Below, piece after piece: positions 40,032 through 54,710 of a stretch of 64,000 nucleotides of DNA. The notes under the pieces were generated by a model. The model made no database searches and was not told where the DNA came from. It was given only the letters and a program-made list of their open reading frames with translations. The stretch lies in assembly GCA_951406725.2 (NCBI GenBank), contig OX597814.1, forward strand, positions 206,212,001 to 206,276,000. The letters are read 5' to 3'. The stretch is from Octopus vulgaris (Eukaryota). The translations under genes and the position numbers were made by a program. Numbering within the stretch: the first letter of the stretch is position 1; every line of letters starts with the position of its first letter.

Positions 40032-41279
40032 GAAAAAATGAGTTAAGATGGCTTCTGGGGGATAATTTTTATTATAATGATAATGTTTACAGTTACTCTA
40101 ATGAGTTTTGAGCTTTTCCATAGCCGTTTTCAAACTGAGATTCTGTGGTTTAGAAGGATGTTTATATACCAAAATATTTTTCTGACAAGTATACAAATGA
40201 AAATAAAAATAGAAAATAAAAGATAGAAAAATGAAAAAATAAAGAGTATAAAAACTAATTTTAAAATAATATAAAAATACAATAAAAGAACGCAAAAAGT
40301 AAATACAACAGCATGTGTGAAAAAAGAAGAAATAACAACAGCAGAATAAAAAAAGAAAAAAAGAAAAGCGCAAAGGAAAAGGTGGAAACCAAGAAGTCAA
40401 AAGTATTTGAAAATGGTGGTGAGAAGTGATTAGTCTGTCAGGAATAAAGAAATGGAATAATTTTTAGGAGTAGTCAAAAATGTTGAGTTCTTGTCCAAAG
40501 ATGACCTTCGTGAATCTTTTGATTTTAGTCCCTTTTATTCATTAGTCACAGTTGGTATGATGTGCCCTTATTTAGTCATATACACTTGCACACGCATACA
40601 TCCACATACACTTATATACACATATATCCACAATCTACACACGCGTGTATACATACATCCGCACACATATACACACAAGACACACAAACACATCCACACA
40701 CACACACATACATCTACATACTTATATACACATACATTCGCACATACACCCACACACACATTCACATATATATATACACATATATATACACACATAATAT
40801 ACTCACACATACATACATATATATGTGTACACATGCATGTGTCCACACATACATAAGAGAGTGTACATCCGTGCAAACTTATATCTCCATATTTTTATGT
40901 GAATATACATTTTTACATACCTGCAAACACATATATATACATATATACACACACACCTATAGATATTTCCACACATATATGCACATGCGTACATAAGATA
41001 GTACAAAAAGGAGTGCATACTAGTATCAGATAGATGTATCATCAAAAGAGGGGTTTGATCTCTTACTCTTAAGAGTTCCAGATGAATGTAACTTCACAGC
41101 ATGAAGTGTAAGAGAAGGCAGCGGTGTCAGATTCTCTCATGCATCGAATGTCCAAGTTCTAAAAAAATCTTTTAGTGAAGTAAAAAAAATGTGCATGTCG
41201 TACAATCATATGGTGGTGCCCCAGCATGGTCACAGATTGTGAGCCGAAACTAGTTCAATTCAATTCATAAATACTTTTC

Positions 41280-42740
41280 CGTATTCAGTGTTTGGTTGGT
41301 GTCTTTCTGTGGATTGTTGAGATGGCAGTTCTGGTGGTTGTGGTATTATTTTTGGTTTAGTTTAGGCTTATACTTTTGAATAAAATATTCTTCCTGGGCC
41401 TTACGAAAATGTTCATTTTCTGTCCACAGTTTGAAGAAAGGGAATATTTTGTATTTTCTTTTTCCACATTTTTCAAAATGTTTGCTACATGTGTTTCTAA
41501 CGGATCAGTTGTTTCATGGATCTGTTGTTTGTGTACCCTTACTCTCTCGTATAGTCCAATGCCCGTTTCACCAATGTAGTATTCGTTGCATTCGCGGCAT
41601 ATGGCACAGGAGATTAAATTCCTGAATTTGCAATTCATATTAGCATTTATTTTGAAAGTGTCATTGTTTTTGAAAGTAAGTTGTACTCCCTCTTCAATGT
41701 AGTCACACGTTCCACAACGAGGGTCAACACATTTTCTAACTCTCTCTGTTGTTTCTCTGGTTGTAAATTTTGCTTGGGTTAAGAGGTTTTTTATGTTGGC
41801 TGCTTGCGGTCAGCTATAAATTGTTTTTGAATTTGTTATTAATTGGTTAATTCTAGATGAATGTTGAAGGATTGGGGGATATCAATTTGCAGTGTTGATG
41901 ACGTCGTGATTTCTTGGGTTGTGAGTGATGACAAAAAGAATGCTTATGTGTTCGTTTTTTATTTTTATGTTTATGTGTTTGTTTTCCTCTGAGGGTTGTG
42001 GTTAGAATGTGTTTTGCTTTGATGATTGCTGTCTCAATTAAGCTAGTGGGATTTTTGTTCCTTTTGAAATATATTTAATTCCTGTAATCTTGTGTCTCTT
42101 AATTCTGCATCAATTACTATCGTGCAAATTCTTTTTACCATATTAAATGGTATGTTCCTTTTGGTATGTAAGCGATGGGAGGAATGAAAGTTCAAATATT
42201 GGTGTGTGTCTGTAGATTTGTAGAAGAGATATGTTTTTATAGTGTTATTTTCTTTAATTAGAAGTCCAAAAATGGCAATTCGTTTGAATTTTTTTCCATA
42301 GTGAATTTTATTCAAGTGTGGAAGTTGTTTAAAAATGAGTCAAATATTCTGAAGTCTTCTTGATGTTTGGTCCAGAATATAAAGCAATCGTCCAAACATC
42401 GTTTCCAATTGTTGTTATTTTTTTATATAAATGGAGAATTGTTCGTTAAATGTTTCTGTTAGTTGGGAATAAAGTTTGACCTCTAAGAAGCCTATAACGA
42501 GTGTTCCATATGTGGGGGCTACTTTTGTCACCATCACCGTTCCTTTTATTTGTAAGTAGAAGTTGTTATCGAAGGAAGAGTGATTAATTTCCAAAATTAA
42601 TTTTGATCCTTCTACAATGAAAGTTTTTGAGAATCTTTCCATGATATCGTTCGAGTGTTTTTGTTAACCAGAAGTTTATAGCTTCAATTCCTAGGTCTTG
42701 TGGCATGTTGGTGCATAGACTAGTTACATCGAAACTAACT
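41280..42740 (-). mobile_element. Penelope-like retroelement relic (RT plus GIY-YIG endonuclease), just 3' of gene B
   Basis: VSFDVTSL.TN, FDNNFYLQIKGT.M.TKVAPTY..L.IGFLE, DDCFIFW, YKSTDTHQYLNFHSSH and CRECNEYYIGETG..L.ERVRVHKQQI; frameshifted. Confidence 0.85.
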
Positions 42741-42991
42741 AGATTTGTTTCCTGATGGACACTTTTAGGTATCGTCTCGGATAAAACTTATTTTCATATC
42801 TATGGGTTTCGGAATTTCGACATATGTTGAATTGTTTCCTTTTATGTTGTCTTGGATTTCTTTTGATTTGTGTTTGCGATTCTGTGTTTCTGTATACGTC
42901 AATGCATATTGCCGTTATTAGATGATAAAATGTATTTAGAGAATAGAAAGAAATTTCAGAAAATTTCATAACTGTATTTTACTGAAAATAA

Positions 42992-45196
42992 TTAAATTGA
43001 CAAACTGGTATGTGGTGCTGCGCCATCGTCAAATACAATAATCGTTTCGATAATTTTATGTGTCAGGGATATAGTTAAACCAAATTTAGCATTAATTATC
43101 GCCAATAATTTAGGTATCAAAGACGTCATCAATATCAAAGAAATCTTTGTGAACGTTGATAAGTCGAAATCATTTCGACTTATTATATTGTTGCAAGCAC
43201 AGAAAAAAGATACGATTAGAAACAGTTTTACAATGGATTTACCAATCTCGAATCTCAATGGAAAATGACGGTTAACAATTGTCTTGAACAAACTGGCATT
43301 TATGAATTCTTCTCCATAATTTGTCTGAACTAAATTTGGACGAAAAACTTTAACGAGCTTTACAGAATTAACTATTACTGATTGATACTGCCTTATATTA
43401 GCGTTCACAATTGCAATGCAATACACGAAAAACATGGCAACAAACCATACGTCACCGACATTATCAGGTTCAGCAAGAAGTGCAACAGCTATCGTAAATA
43501 TGTAGTAGCATAAGATGTGGAAACTTGTAAGAAATATAAAGATTGAATAAAGGGCCCATAATATATAAAACGGAAACGATAGAAAAGTAATAAGTATAGC
43601 TACAAAACTGAAAATAATATTAACATTCAGATAAAGAGGAAGAATATAAACTCTAAAATAACTTGCTGGTAAAGTTAATATCAAATAAACAGTTGGGATT
43701 CCGTAATAAATCAAACACAGAATTAATTCACAGACAGAAAATACAGCAAATAAAATTGTGATCGCAATAAAAAACCAAAGCAATATGAATTGGCAGAAAA
43801 TATTTCTCCTGTAGTAATATAACCAAATTTTCTTAAAACGTTTAATCCAAGTATAAATTATTAAATGCCAGAAATTTGGGTTTAAAGCAGTAGAAATATT
43901 AGCTTTCATTATTGCATAGAGTAGATCATAATCCTGTAGTGTAGAAACATTTAAACTGCCATACTTCTCTAATAATGTGATATTTTGAATGAGAAACGTG
44001 AAAGTGGATCTTTGATGTAATGTATTATACGCCACAGTCTCACTTACACGGGTGGGAAGGATGAAGAGAATTAAGTTGAAAAATATGAAACTGATGAGCC
44101 ACACAAAGGGACCACCAAAAAAGCCATCTGTATTCTCATAACTTTGTGAAAAGCCTAATATTAAGGCGAGATGACCCAACGGTATACCATCTTGGAAAAG
44201 TATTTTGGTTGTTTCATATAAAAAGAAGTAATGCATCAAAAGATCCAGGAAAATTACTGAAAGAGAAAATAAAATACAAAGGAATCTTCTTAGTCTTGAG
44301 GCCAAGAAAGTGGAATGATGAAAGCAAAATAACCAAGAAAGAAAATCAGGGAAATTGTAAGTATTATGGTTTTTGTTGATCCATTCTAATTTGTATGGCA
44401 ATGTGTTTTGACGGGAAAATGAAGGTGATTTCGTAAGTGAAAGAACACTAATAATTAAGGGAAAATATGCCCAAACAACAGCTCCGACGATATTTGCATA
44501 ATTGAGAAACATACTATTTTCCATGATATTTCCAGAACAAATCGATTTTGGGTGATAAACATAGCTTTCATTTTTATAGAGATTACAGCAATAGTTCTTC
44601 ACCAACTCTCTATTTATACCCAATCTTCTGTAAGCCTTTAATGACTCGGGACTGTTCTTCTTCATGTCTTGAGATAAATTTATTAGAAAACACATGTAAC
44701 CAGATTCTCCTATTTCCAATGTATCGATTAATACAATTCTCTTCAATTCCCCGAAAATCAAATGTATTAGATCATGTCTCTGAATATTTTGTTTTCCACA
44801 ATTTATATCGATATCAACCCTAGGAGTAGCAATGTAAGCTCCTAATAAATTCAAAGAGTAAATTGAAAAATCATAATAGAAATTCTTATACGCAATCAAA
44901 CCATCTGGTTTCTCTGGAATCCAGGTAAATTGTCTCGCGTTCGCGAAATAATCCATTCGTACGGGATTCAATAAGACATCAAGCCTTGAGTCGGATAAAT
45001 GGACATCAAAATTGAAAACCTTTTTGTCTGATTTTATAAAACGAGATAAAATCTTATGGATATTGGGGGAAATTTTAATTTCACAATTACTTCCAAGTTC
45101 CTTCGCATCGATATTTATTGATATCAGAACGACAATAAAAGTAATCACAAGGTAAAGAGTACTAGTTGCTGTTAATTTCATCTGCATGGCAGCCAT
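42992..45196 (-). CDS. Paralog B: orphan multi-pass membrane protein (734 aa from MAAMQ); single coding exon
   Basis: The ORF track gives 744 aa, but the homologous start MAAMQ is at 45196 and is preceded by acceptor ttctcttctgcAG + 10 nt (aaaacgaaat). The extra [10 protein letters not shown] is therefore intron/UTR. Full-length homology to A and C. Confidence 0.9.
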   Translation of the reverse strand: MAAMQMKLTATSTLYLVITFIVVLISINIDAKELGSNCEIKISPNIHKILSRFIKSDKKVFNFDVHLSDSRLDVLLNPVRMDYFANARQFTWIPEKPDGLIAYKNFYYDFSIYSLNLLGAYIATPRVDIDINCGKQNIQRHDLIHLIFGELKRIVLIDTLEIGESGYMCFLINLSQDMKKNSPESLKAYRRLGINRELVKNYCCNLYKNESYVYHPKSICSGNIMENSMFLNYANIVGAVVWAYFPLIISVLSLTKSPSFSRQNTLPYKLEWINKNHNTYNFPDFLSWLFCFHHSTFLASRLRRFLCILFSLSVIFLDLLMHYFFLYETTKILFQDGIPLGHLALILGFSQSYENTDGFFGGPFVWLISFIFFNLILFILPTRVSETVAYNTLHQRSTFTFLIQNITLLEKYGSLNVSTLQDYDLLYAIMKANISTALNPNFWHLIIYTWIKRFKKIWLYYYRRNIFCQFILLWFFIAITILFAVFSVCELILCLIYYGIPTVYLILTLPASYFRVYILPLYLNVNIIFSFVAILITFLSFPFYILWALYSIFIFLTSFHILCYYIFTIAVALLAEPDNVGDVWFVAMFFVYCIAIVNANIRQYQSVIVNSVKLVKVFRPNLVQTNYGEEFINASLFKTIVNRHFPLRFEIGKSIVKLFLIVSFFCACNNIISRNDFDLSTFTKISLILMTSLIPKLLAIINAKFGLTISLTHKIIETIIVFDDGAAPHTSLSI

Positions 45197-45227
45197 ATTT
45201 CGTTTTCTGCAGAAGAGAATATACAAG

Positions 45228-46060
<833 letters not shown>

Positions 46061-46179
46061 TACATATGTACATATGTATGCATGCATGCATGTATGTGTG
46101 TATTTATATGTGCTGCATAGGAAGAGTAGAAACGAGAAAGAGATAGACAAATCGAGTGCCGTAATTTATGTAAAATGAA

Positions 46180-46510
46180 ACTTACAGTTTAGCTGTTTAA
46201 TATGTCGTCTCACCGATCACGTTGACTCTGAGTAGACATTTTAAATCACTGAACCAATGTTGAGATCACTGGAAATTATTATAGCAGCATATCTTTTAAG
46301 TTTATAGTTAGTTTGATGAAATAAAACTGAATTAATATCAAATATTATGTCTCAGTATTCACAGTAAAACTAGGATAGACTTTCACATGAGATATACTGA
46401 TGTATCACTCCTCTCTTTATAGTAAACAGGAATCAGAGTGCTTAAAGAATTTATCAAGACAAGGGTGTGTATGATCCACTTTACTCTGTTAAGTTCCGTC
46501 CTTCTTAACA
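46180..46510 (-). promoter_or_regulatory. Putative non-coding exon 1 and promoter of paralog B (donor GTAAGT at 46185-46180; intron 45207-46185)
   Basis: Homologous to 20582-20960 (shared gtcgtctcaccgatcacgttgactctgagtagacatt etc.) with the same donor. Inr-like TCAGTG ~46250 and TATAAT/TATAAA upstream on the minus strand. Confidence 0.65.
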
Positions 46511-46593
46511 AGATACTTCCGATTGCATGCGATGCAAGAGAAGTACTTCAGAAAATATGAACCCAAAATGTCTTATCATTAATAGAGTAATAA

Positions 46594-47615
46594 AAGCGGC
46601 GAGCTGGCAGAATCGTTAGCACGCCGGACGAAATGCGTAGACGTATTTCGTCTGCCGTTACGTTCTGAGTTCAAATTCCGCCGAGGTCGGCTTTGCCTTT
46701 CATCCTTTCGGGGTCGATTAAATAAGTACCAGTTACGCACTGGGGTCGATATAATCGACTTAATCCGTTTGTCTCTCCTTATTTGTCCTCTCTATGTTTA
46801 GCCCCTTGTGGGCAATAAAGAAATAAGAAACGTTAGCACTCCGGGTGAAATGCTTAGCGGAATTTCCTCTGCCGCTACGTTCTGAGTTCAAATTCCACCG
46901 AGGTCGACTTTGCCTTTCATCCTTTTGGGGTCGATAAATTAAGTACCAGTTGCGAACTGGAGTCGATCTAATCAACTGGCCCCTTCCCCCAAAAATTCGG
47001 GCCTTGTGCCTAGAGTAGAAAAGAATATTATTACAGAAATATTTATGATATATAGTATTTACTGACACTGCTGTTTTTCGCTATTAAGGTAGTGAGCTGG
47101 CAGAATCGTTAGCATATTGGACAAAATGCTTAGCAGTATTTCGTCCATCTTTGCGTTCTGAGTTCAAATTCTGCCAAGATCGACTTTGCTTTCCATGCTT
47201 TCAGGATTGATGAAATAGGTACCTGATGATCACTGGGGTCGATGTCATCGATAGTCCCCACCCCGATCCCTTGAAATCTCTGCCCCTGTGCCTGTAGCAA
47301 AAAAGATTATTATCTCCAGTTATTAAGCAGCAAACTGGCAGAAAGGTTAGCACGCCGGGCGAAATGCTTAGCGGTATTTCGTCTGCCGTTACGTTCTGAG
47401 TTCAAATTACGCAGAGGTCGACTTTGCCTTTCAACATTTCAGGGTCGATATATTAAGTACCAGTTAAGCACTGGGGTCGATGTAATCGACTTAATCCGTT
47501 TGTCTGTCCTTGCTTGTCCCCTCTGTGTTTACCTCCTTGTGGGTAGTAGAGAAATAGGCATTTCGCACGTCGCTACGTTCTGAGTACAAATTCCATGGAG
47601 GTCAACTTTGCCTTT
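46594..47615 (+). mobile_element. Cluster of 4-5 SINE units (Deu/Nin-like domain family) upstream of B
   Basis: Repeated gagctggcagaatcgttagca...gttctgagttcaaattc...gtcgactttgcctttc. Confidence 0.75.
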
Positions 47616-47616
47616 C

Positions 47617-48670
47617 GACAAAGTAACACTACACTGGTTGACATTGGGTAGGAGAGTACTGTGCTTGAAAACACTGAAAAAGGGAATACGGTAGACAATT
47701 ACAGGCCGATATCCTGCTTACCAATTACGTGGGAATTATTGACTGGAATACTCGCAGAGTCAGTGTACGGACATCTGGTACCAAGGATCGACTTCTGATA
47801 AACAAAACTGTACTTAGGGACTATAAGAGGAAGAAAAGTAACTTAGCCATGTCATGGATCGATTATCGTAAGGCATCCGATATGGTCCCACATTCTTGGA
47901 TTATAGAATGTATGAACCTACTTGGTATTTCATCGAATGTTGAGCGATTGCTTGGCAACAGTAGGGCGAAGTGGAGGACGGAACTGACAGCATGTGGAAG
48001 AAGTTTAGGACAAGAGAAATCAGGTGAGGCATCTTGCAAGGGGTCTACCTGTCCCCACTGATCTTTGTACTGTGCATGATACCATTAACACTGATTGTGA
48101 GGAAAGCAAAGGCTGGGTATGTATTCAAAAGCCGCCAACAAAAAGTCAACCATATGTTTTTCATGGATGACCTCAAATTTTATGGTAAAGATGAAGCCTA
48201 AGTCAGTTCCCTCGTTGGTACGGTATATACCGTCAGTGCTGATATCAAAATGAAGTTCGGACTGAGAAAGTGTGGTGTGTTAGACTTGAGGAGAGGCAAA
48301 ATCATATGCATGGACGGGCAATCGATACCGTCGGGGAAGGTTATGAAGCAGATAGAAGAGACGGGCTATAAGTACTTGAGGATATTGGAAATGGATAAAT
48401 TGATGGAGAAAGAAATGACAGAAAAATTTATGTTGGCGTACTTGCACAGACTGAGACTGATCCTTAAGTCGAAATTAATTGAACGGAGTAAGATTGAAGC
48501 TATCAATACCGGGGCTGTTTCACTCCTTAGATATTGAACAGGGGTAATCGCACGGACAGTAGAAGAACTAGACAGCTTAGAGAGAAAGACAAGGAAGCTG
48601 CTAAGTATATATGGGACACTCCACCCGAAAAGTGACACAGACAAACTGTGTGTACCAAGTAAAAGTGGGA
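47617..48670 (+). mobile_element. R4/Dong-like RT fragment (duplicate of 61381-62430)
   Basis: YRPISCL, WIDYRKA.DMVPHSWI, FMDDLKFY, MKFGLRKC, YKYLRI and KIEAINT.AV.LLRY. Confidence 0.8.
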
Positions 48671-48734
48671 GTAGTGAAAATAGATCTTTGGGAACAGCGA
48701 CGCTGCTATAACTTACGGGGAAACCATAAGCGTG

Positions 48735-49000
48735 ATATCAAGGGAGATAATCAGAGAAAGACTTGAAGGTTAACGTAAGATCGTAATACTTCATGTAAAG
48801 TAAAGTAAATATAACAAATGATCCAGAATCCTTGTCCGGTCCCGGACCGATCAGAAAGTCTTATCAGCTCGTGCTAGTCACGAGACTAAACATCCCTGAA
48901 AGTTTCATCCGAATCCATCCAGCAGTTCTTGAGATATCTTTTCCACGGACAAACAAACACGACTGAAACAATACCTCCGCCTTAGCGAAGGCAGAGGCTA
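48735..49000 (+). mobile_element. Helentron/DINE-like non-autonomous element (duplicate at 63040-63308)
   Basis: tttcatccgaatccatccagcagttcttgagatatc...acggacaaacaaacac followed by terminal hairpin cctccgcctt..aaggcagagg. Confidence 0.5.
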
Positions 49001-49008
49001 TAATGATA

Positions 49009-49048
<40 letters not shown>

Positions 49049-49049
49049 C

Positions 49050-49620
49050 GACAGTAGCAGGCAGTGGCTTTCATGGCTTCTCATCTTAAATGATTGGAAG
49101 TATTATCATGTACATTGTTTTGTCTTGGTATAAAAGATGGGCTACAGTAAATATTCTACTCAATACCACAGATTTGCTTGTCAGTTGTTTGACCTTAACC
49201 AGTTGAGACTGTCCCTTAGTGGCTGACGATATGTGCATCTCTGATCACGGGCAGAAGTAGTGGGGGAGTATCATAGCCATGTGTTGAGAGGGATTCTTTG
49301 GGGTTTGAATAATTCACCTCTGGAAACATGGGTGTTTCGTTCAACATCCTTAAACAACCCTTACTCAGGGACCTTTTGAGCAGGATGGGTTACTCGACCA
49401 GAAGAAAATTCTAACTGGGCCCCACCTGCAAGGTCATGCGCTGTTTATCTTGATATGAGATCACCATGTCGCGCACATATGGTTGTGATGCATGTGCCTG
49501 GTGTACCCTTATCAGCCGGGTAGTCATGATGGGTATATTGGGCTTCGTATATTTTATCCCAGTGTCACTTTGATGGCATGCACTGCTCTCTCACTCAATA
49601 ATAATAATAATAGTAATAAT
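49050..49620 (+). repeat. Dispersed repeat with (TAA)n tail (duplicate at 63380-63960)
   Basis: Colinear match between the two copies. Confidence 0.7.
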
Positions 49621-49628
49621 AAAAATAA

Positions 49629-49675
<47 letters not shown>

Positions 49676-50949
49676 ATTATACACAAGGTCTCAAATATGA
49701 GAAGAGACAGGTAAAAGCACGTCTTTTCTTTACGAAGGAAGTGAAATATAGATCACCTGTCGTCACGTCACAACGACGAGAGAGTCGAGTGAGAGAGAGA
49801 GGGGGAGAGGGGAACGGTGGGTGGGAGAGGAGAAGAATAGGGAAAGGGTAGGAGAGAAAAATGGAAAGGAAGAAGAATAAGGGAGGGAGATAGATTGACA
49901 GAGAAGAGATAGAAGAAGAGCGGAAGGGATAGAAGAAGAGTGTGCGTCGTAATTATTAAGATAAAACTTTCTTGGAAAAGGATGCCTGGCGTTCGATCAT
50001 ATAATAATATAAATAATATACAAATATATGCATATATATATATATATACATATATGTACATACCTACATCTATATGTATATATATATACTTGTATATATA
50101 CGCTCTGCTAGCCCGCAGAACGTATATACAACACTATAATCTACTATACATACATATATCTGTACATACATATATATGTAAATCGCCGCATGCGGCCTTG
50201 TACACCCATGAGTCGGCAGACATGTTGACAGAAAACATTTGTTTGTAACAATCAAAATCTTAGCTTAGTTGGAACGTAAGAGTAATGCTTCCGGTATCAA
50301 ATAATCGATGTTCGTACAATTAAAATAATCATTCTTTTCTGACCAGTTTTGTATACACATTCGAATTTGTGTTCTTAACAGCATACAGAAAGAAACTAGT
50401 CTCCTAGAAGGAACCAAAAGTTGCAACTATGTGAGTTTCAATTCTTTTTTGATAATTTTCAGTTTTATCTACATTCTACTCTTAGTGCTCCAAAAATGGG
50501 TCACTTAAAGTTTAGGCGAATGAAAATTGAACTGCGCTATTTCTGTTCCGAAATTCATCTCGCAAGTGCAAAAATCGACAACGTGTTGTAGTGCACCTGA
50601 GCATGTACACAATTATCATTATTATTATTATTGTTATTACTCACGATATTGTAATATAAATTCTCTCTGTTTATTCCCAGCTACGTCACCAGTTAGTAGA
50701 AATTTATTATTTCTAAATCTCTGAATATGAGACATTCAGTGACAGTACTCCAGAGTAAAGATTATTTGCCAGCGTAAAGCGGCAGTCCTGCTTAGGATGA
50801 TTGTCACTGTTATTTAGTCCCAGGAAACATCGTCTCCAGCTAACTATACCACACACTATCTGCATCTTTATATTTTCGAACAAGGGAGTTTAGCGTCCCC
50901 ACTCAGCTTTATATATACGTATGGATGTACGTGTGTGTATTTGTGTACG

Positions 50950-51024
<75 letters not shown>

Positions 51025-51166
51025 ATATATGTATATATATGTGTGTGTGTGTGTATTTATATTCACATACATATGTTACACTCACAAACACAAACGCACA
51101 ATATATAAAATGATTTATTCAAATAACTATTATTCTATGATACACCTACGTCGATAGGTTCTCTCT

Positions 51167-51207
<41 letters not shown>

Positions 51208-51234
51208 GCAGAGATAGAGAGAAGGACAGAGAGA

Positions 51235-51278
<44 letters not shown>

Positions 51279-51486
51279 CTACTCTTTGATGCAGTTCTAG
51301 CGTCTACACAGCATCTCTGTCTATGATGCAGGACATTATTCATTAGTCTCGTAACTGTAATCACTAAAATAATTAAATCATTTTTTTTTTTTGCATGATG
51401 AAATTATTTTTATTCCCCCCTCTCTCTTTCTTTGTATATACATACATTTACACACACAAACACACATATATATAAGCTTTTCTATT

Positions 51487-51870
51487 CAAGGCACGCGGCC
51501 GAAATTTTTGAGGAGGGTCCAGCTGATTACATCGACATCAGTACGAAACAGGTTCTTAATTAATCGACCCCGAAAGGATAAAAGGCAAAGTCGATCTCGG
51601 CGGAGTTTGAACTCAGAACGCAACAGCTTGCGAAATACCTATTTCTTTACTACGCACAAGGAGCTAAAAACAAAGAGGGCAAACAAGGACATACATACGG
51701 ATTATATCGATTACATCGACCCCACTGTGTAACTGGTATTTAATTTATCGACCCTGAAAGGATGAAAGGCAAAGTCGACCTCGGCGGAATTTGAATACAG
51801 AACGTAACGGCAGACGAAATACGGCTACGCATTTCGCCCGGCGTGCTAACGCTTCTGCCAGTTCGCCGCT
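51487..51870 (-). mobile_element. Dimeric SINE (Deu/Nin-like domain family)
   Basis: Reverse complement of the 46594-47030 type. Confidence 0.75.
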
Positions 51871-52157
51871 TTACACATATATATAAGGAAAATAGGACAA
51901 GGTAGAAAATGCGAGAATAATTTTATCATGAACATTTTAGTACCGGTTCCTTACTTACCGACTTTTTCAACTTGAAAAACAATTAAATTGTGGAAAAATT
52001 AAATGAAATGGGTTTTAAAATATTTCCATAGTTTTCAAATATATGGGACATTATTTTCTGCCTCTCTCTCTCCTTTACTTTTGTGAAGGCTCAGCAGGTA
52101 GTTAGTAGTAGGTCTGAAGGAATATTTAATATGGGTTCTTGGTCTTGATATATACAA

Positions 52158-52201
<44 letters not shown>

Positions 52202-52329
52202 CGGTAAGCTTTATGAAAATAGACAAAAGACGAAGGCAGGTTTACGGAAATAAACTAAAGACAAAGGCAGGTGGAATACAAACAAACAATTGTATTAGTA
52301 TGGCGATCAGGAAATATAAATGAAACAAG

Positions 52330-52367
52330 TCTTTAACGTTTCGAGCCTACGCTCTTCAACAGAAAGA
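52330..52367 (-). ncRNA. Degenerate minimal hammerhead motif
   Basis: Reverse complement reads tcttt-CTGTTGA-a-gagc(gtag)gctc-GAAA-cg-TT-aaaga. Palindromic ACGT stem III; core A6 mutated. Confidence 0.4.
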
Positions 52368-53305
52368 TACACAGAGAAAAAAAAAACACAGAAAGGAGAG
52401 AAAAAAATATGCGTGCAAAAGCTAGCGAATCAACATGGCGATCTGATTTCGGCCAGAAGTCAAAGATCAAACATGAGACGCAAGAGCGAAATTAGGGGAG
52501 ATAATAGGGTTGAATGACCCCCGCTCAAACATAATAGAGTGTGTGTGTGTGTATGAGAAGAGTGTGTGTGTGTGTATGAGAGAGTATTAGTGCGTATGAG
52601 ATGTCTAGACGTGTGTATGTATATATGATGATAAAACTCAACTTGTGTGTCTGTGTGTTTAACTTCCAGGCATATCTCCTCCTAGCCGACAAATCGTACA
52701 ACCACCAAAAATGGGTCACTTAAAGTTTAGGCGAATAAAAATTGAACTGCGCTATTTCTGTTCCGAAATTCATCTCGCAAGTGCAAAAATCGATAACGTG
52801 TTTGTTTAGGCCTTATCCGATGCATTGAATAGTGAACTTTCCTCAGTCAGCTGTTTGATGTGAACTGTGTTCACCACGCGTGCAAGCATGTGTAAATTGC
52901 ATGAAAACTAAAAAATCAAGATATAAAAACGAATCGCCGTAAACATTGTAAAAATTCGGCAAACAAATGAATTTTTGGGATGTAGCCTGGTGGGTTTTTT
53001 CGTACTAATCGTTTGGACTTTGTGAACACATACCAATTGTTTTCATAACATTTTTAACGCTTTGAATTAAATGTGACCATTTTGCGTTGAGTCTGCAGTT
53101 TAAATCACTTTAACCAAATTTTAGCAGGCCGAATTTTTTATCATCTCGATACATCACCAGCGACTCCCTGAAATCCCCATTGAGAAATCTATATATATAA
53201 AACTCAACTTGTGTGTCTGTGTGTGTATCTATGTGTGTGTCTGCGTGTTTAACTTTTGGATCTACCAAGTTTCATTATTAAGGATGGAAAGTAGTGTGTA
53301 GCAAA

Positions 53306-53694
53306 TCTATATATATAAAGCTGAAGTTGTCTGTGTGTGGCAAGTTTGGTAGCCTTCAACTAACACCATCTCCTTCGAGACGCTGCGGCGCAAGTTGACC
53401 AAAATTGAGAGTATGATAGAAGAAGGCTTGCTCTTCATTCTGAAGAAGATAAAATTCAAATCGGACCATGTTAACACAACAAATTCTTTACATAAAAAAG
53501 GTGCTTTTTTTCTATGAAAATCCCTATTTTTTAAGATCTTTCTCTGCTGTGTCACCATTTTTCGGTGTATTACAACTGGAAAAATGTTCACTTGAAGAGA
53601 ATAACAAGTTGCATAATGCAAAAGTTTTACTTTTAAAAAATTTCAATTCTAAAGTGTCGAAAAAAACCCAAGCATCACCGGGTGATACTGCTAG
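53306..53694 (+). mobile_element. Complete non-autonomous Helitron-like element
   Basis: A|TCTATATATATAAAG 5' end; subterminal hairpin and CTAG|T 3' end. A related 5' end is at 53188 and a degenerate one near 52625. Confidence 0.65.
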
Positions 53695-53784
53695 TATATA
53701 TGTATTTCTAAAAAAGAAGTTTGAAAACGCCACTATATAAGATATTTATCTTCACTCGTATACCACCTACACTTATAAATAATA

Positions 53785-53885
53785 AGTTACGGTGACTTAA
53801 ACACACCACCACCATCGGTTGTCAAGGGATGTTGAGGGGATAAATACAAACATGTAAACATATACACACACATACATACACATAC

Positions 53886-53981
<96 letters not shown>

Positions 53982-54155
53982 GCATATACGTTTATTACGA
54001 CGGGCTTGTTTCAGTTTCCGTCTACCAAATCCACTCACAAGGCATTGGTCGGCCCGAGGCTATAGTAGAAGAAACCTGCCCATGATGCCACGCAGTGGGA
54101 CTGAACCCGAAACCATGTGATTCATAAGCAAGTTACTTACCACACAACAACTCCT
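53785..54155 (-). mobile_element. SINE (10452 family)
   Basis: cagtttccgtctaccaaatccactcacaaggcattggtcggcccg...gcagtgggactgaaccc. Confidence 0.75.
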
Positions 54156-54224
54156 CTATATATATATTTATACATACATTTACAAAACTATATTCATACA
54201 TATTTTGCCTATCGCTGCGTTAGG

Positions 54225-54710
54225 GACCTCAGATCTGAAAAAACTCTGAGCTCTTTCAGCTAAACATAGCCTACAGGTATTTGATCCATTAACATAAGGT
54301 ATGGATTTCTCAATTAGTTTCCACCTAATCACATATGGTGTTTCGGTAGCTTTCAAACTACATACATGGCTAGCCAACTTAATAGCTTTGCTTTTGTCCT
54401 TATGTCGGAAAGAGGCTATGTGATTAGCATAGCGATTTTTTAAATTCCCCTTCACATAGTCCAATATAGGTTTTCTTATCAGTTGTATTAACATTTAGCG
54501 TAGCAGTAACTTCTGCATCATATATGACAAATTCAATCATACATCGTTGGTCAAGTGGACAGGACCCTGGGTTGCGACAGTTACAACTGGATTTAGGCTC
54601 TTGGTATTCATCACGTGTAACGATACTCTTCATGTCCGGGCAACAGCTGCTATAGGATAATTTCATAAAACGCCTATTAAATACTTTCTTCTATGTGTGG
54701 GTTGCTGAAA
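54225..54710 (-). mobile_element. Penelope-like GIY-YIG endonuclease fragment (Neptune-type Cys linker)
   Basis: KLSYS...CNCRNPGSCPLDQRC...VIYDAEV...TYIGLCEGEFK.RYANH..SFRH...LASHV..LK...RWK...CRLCLAE. Confidence 0.8.
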
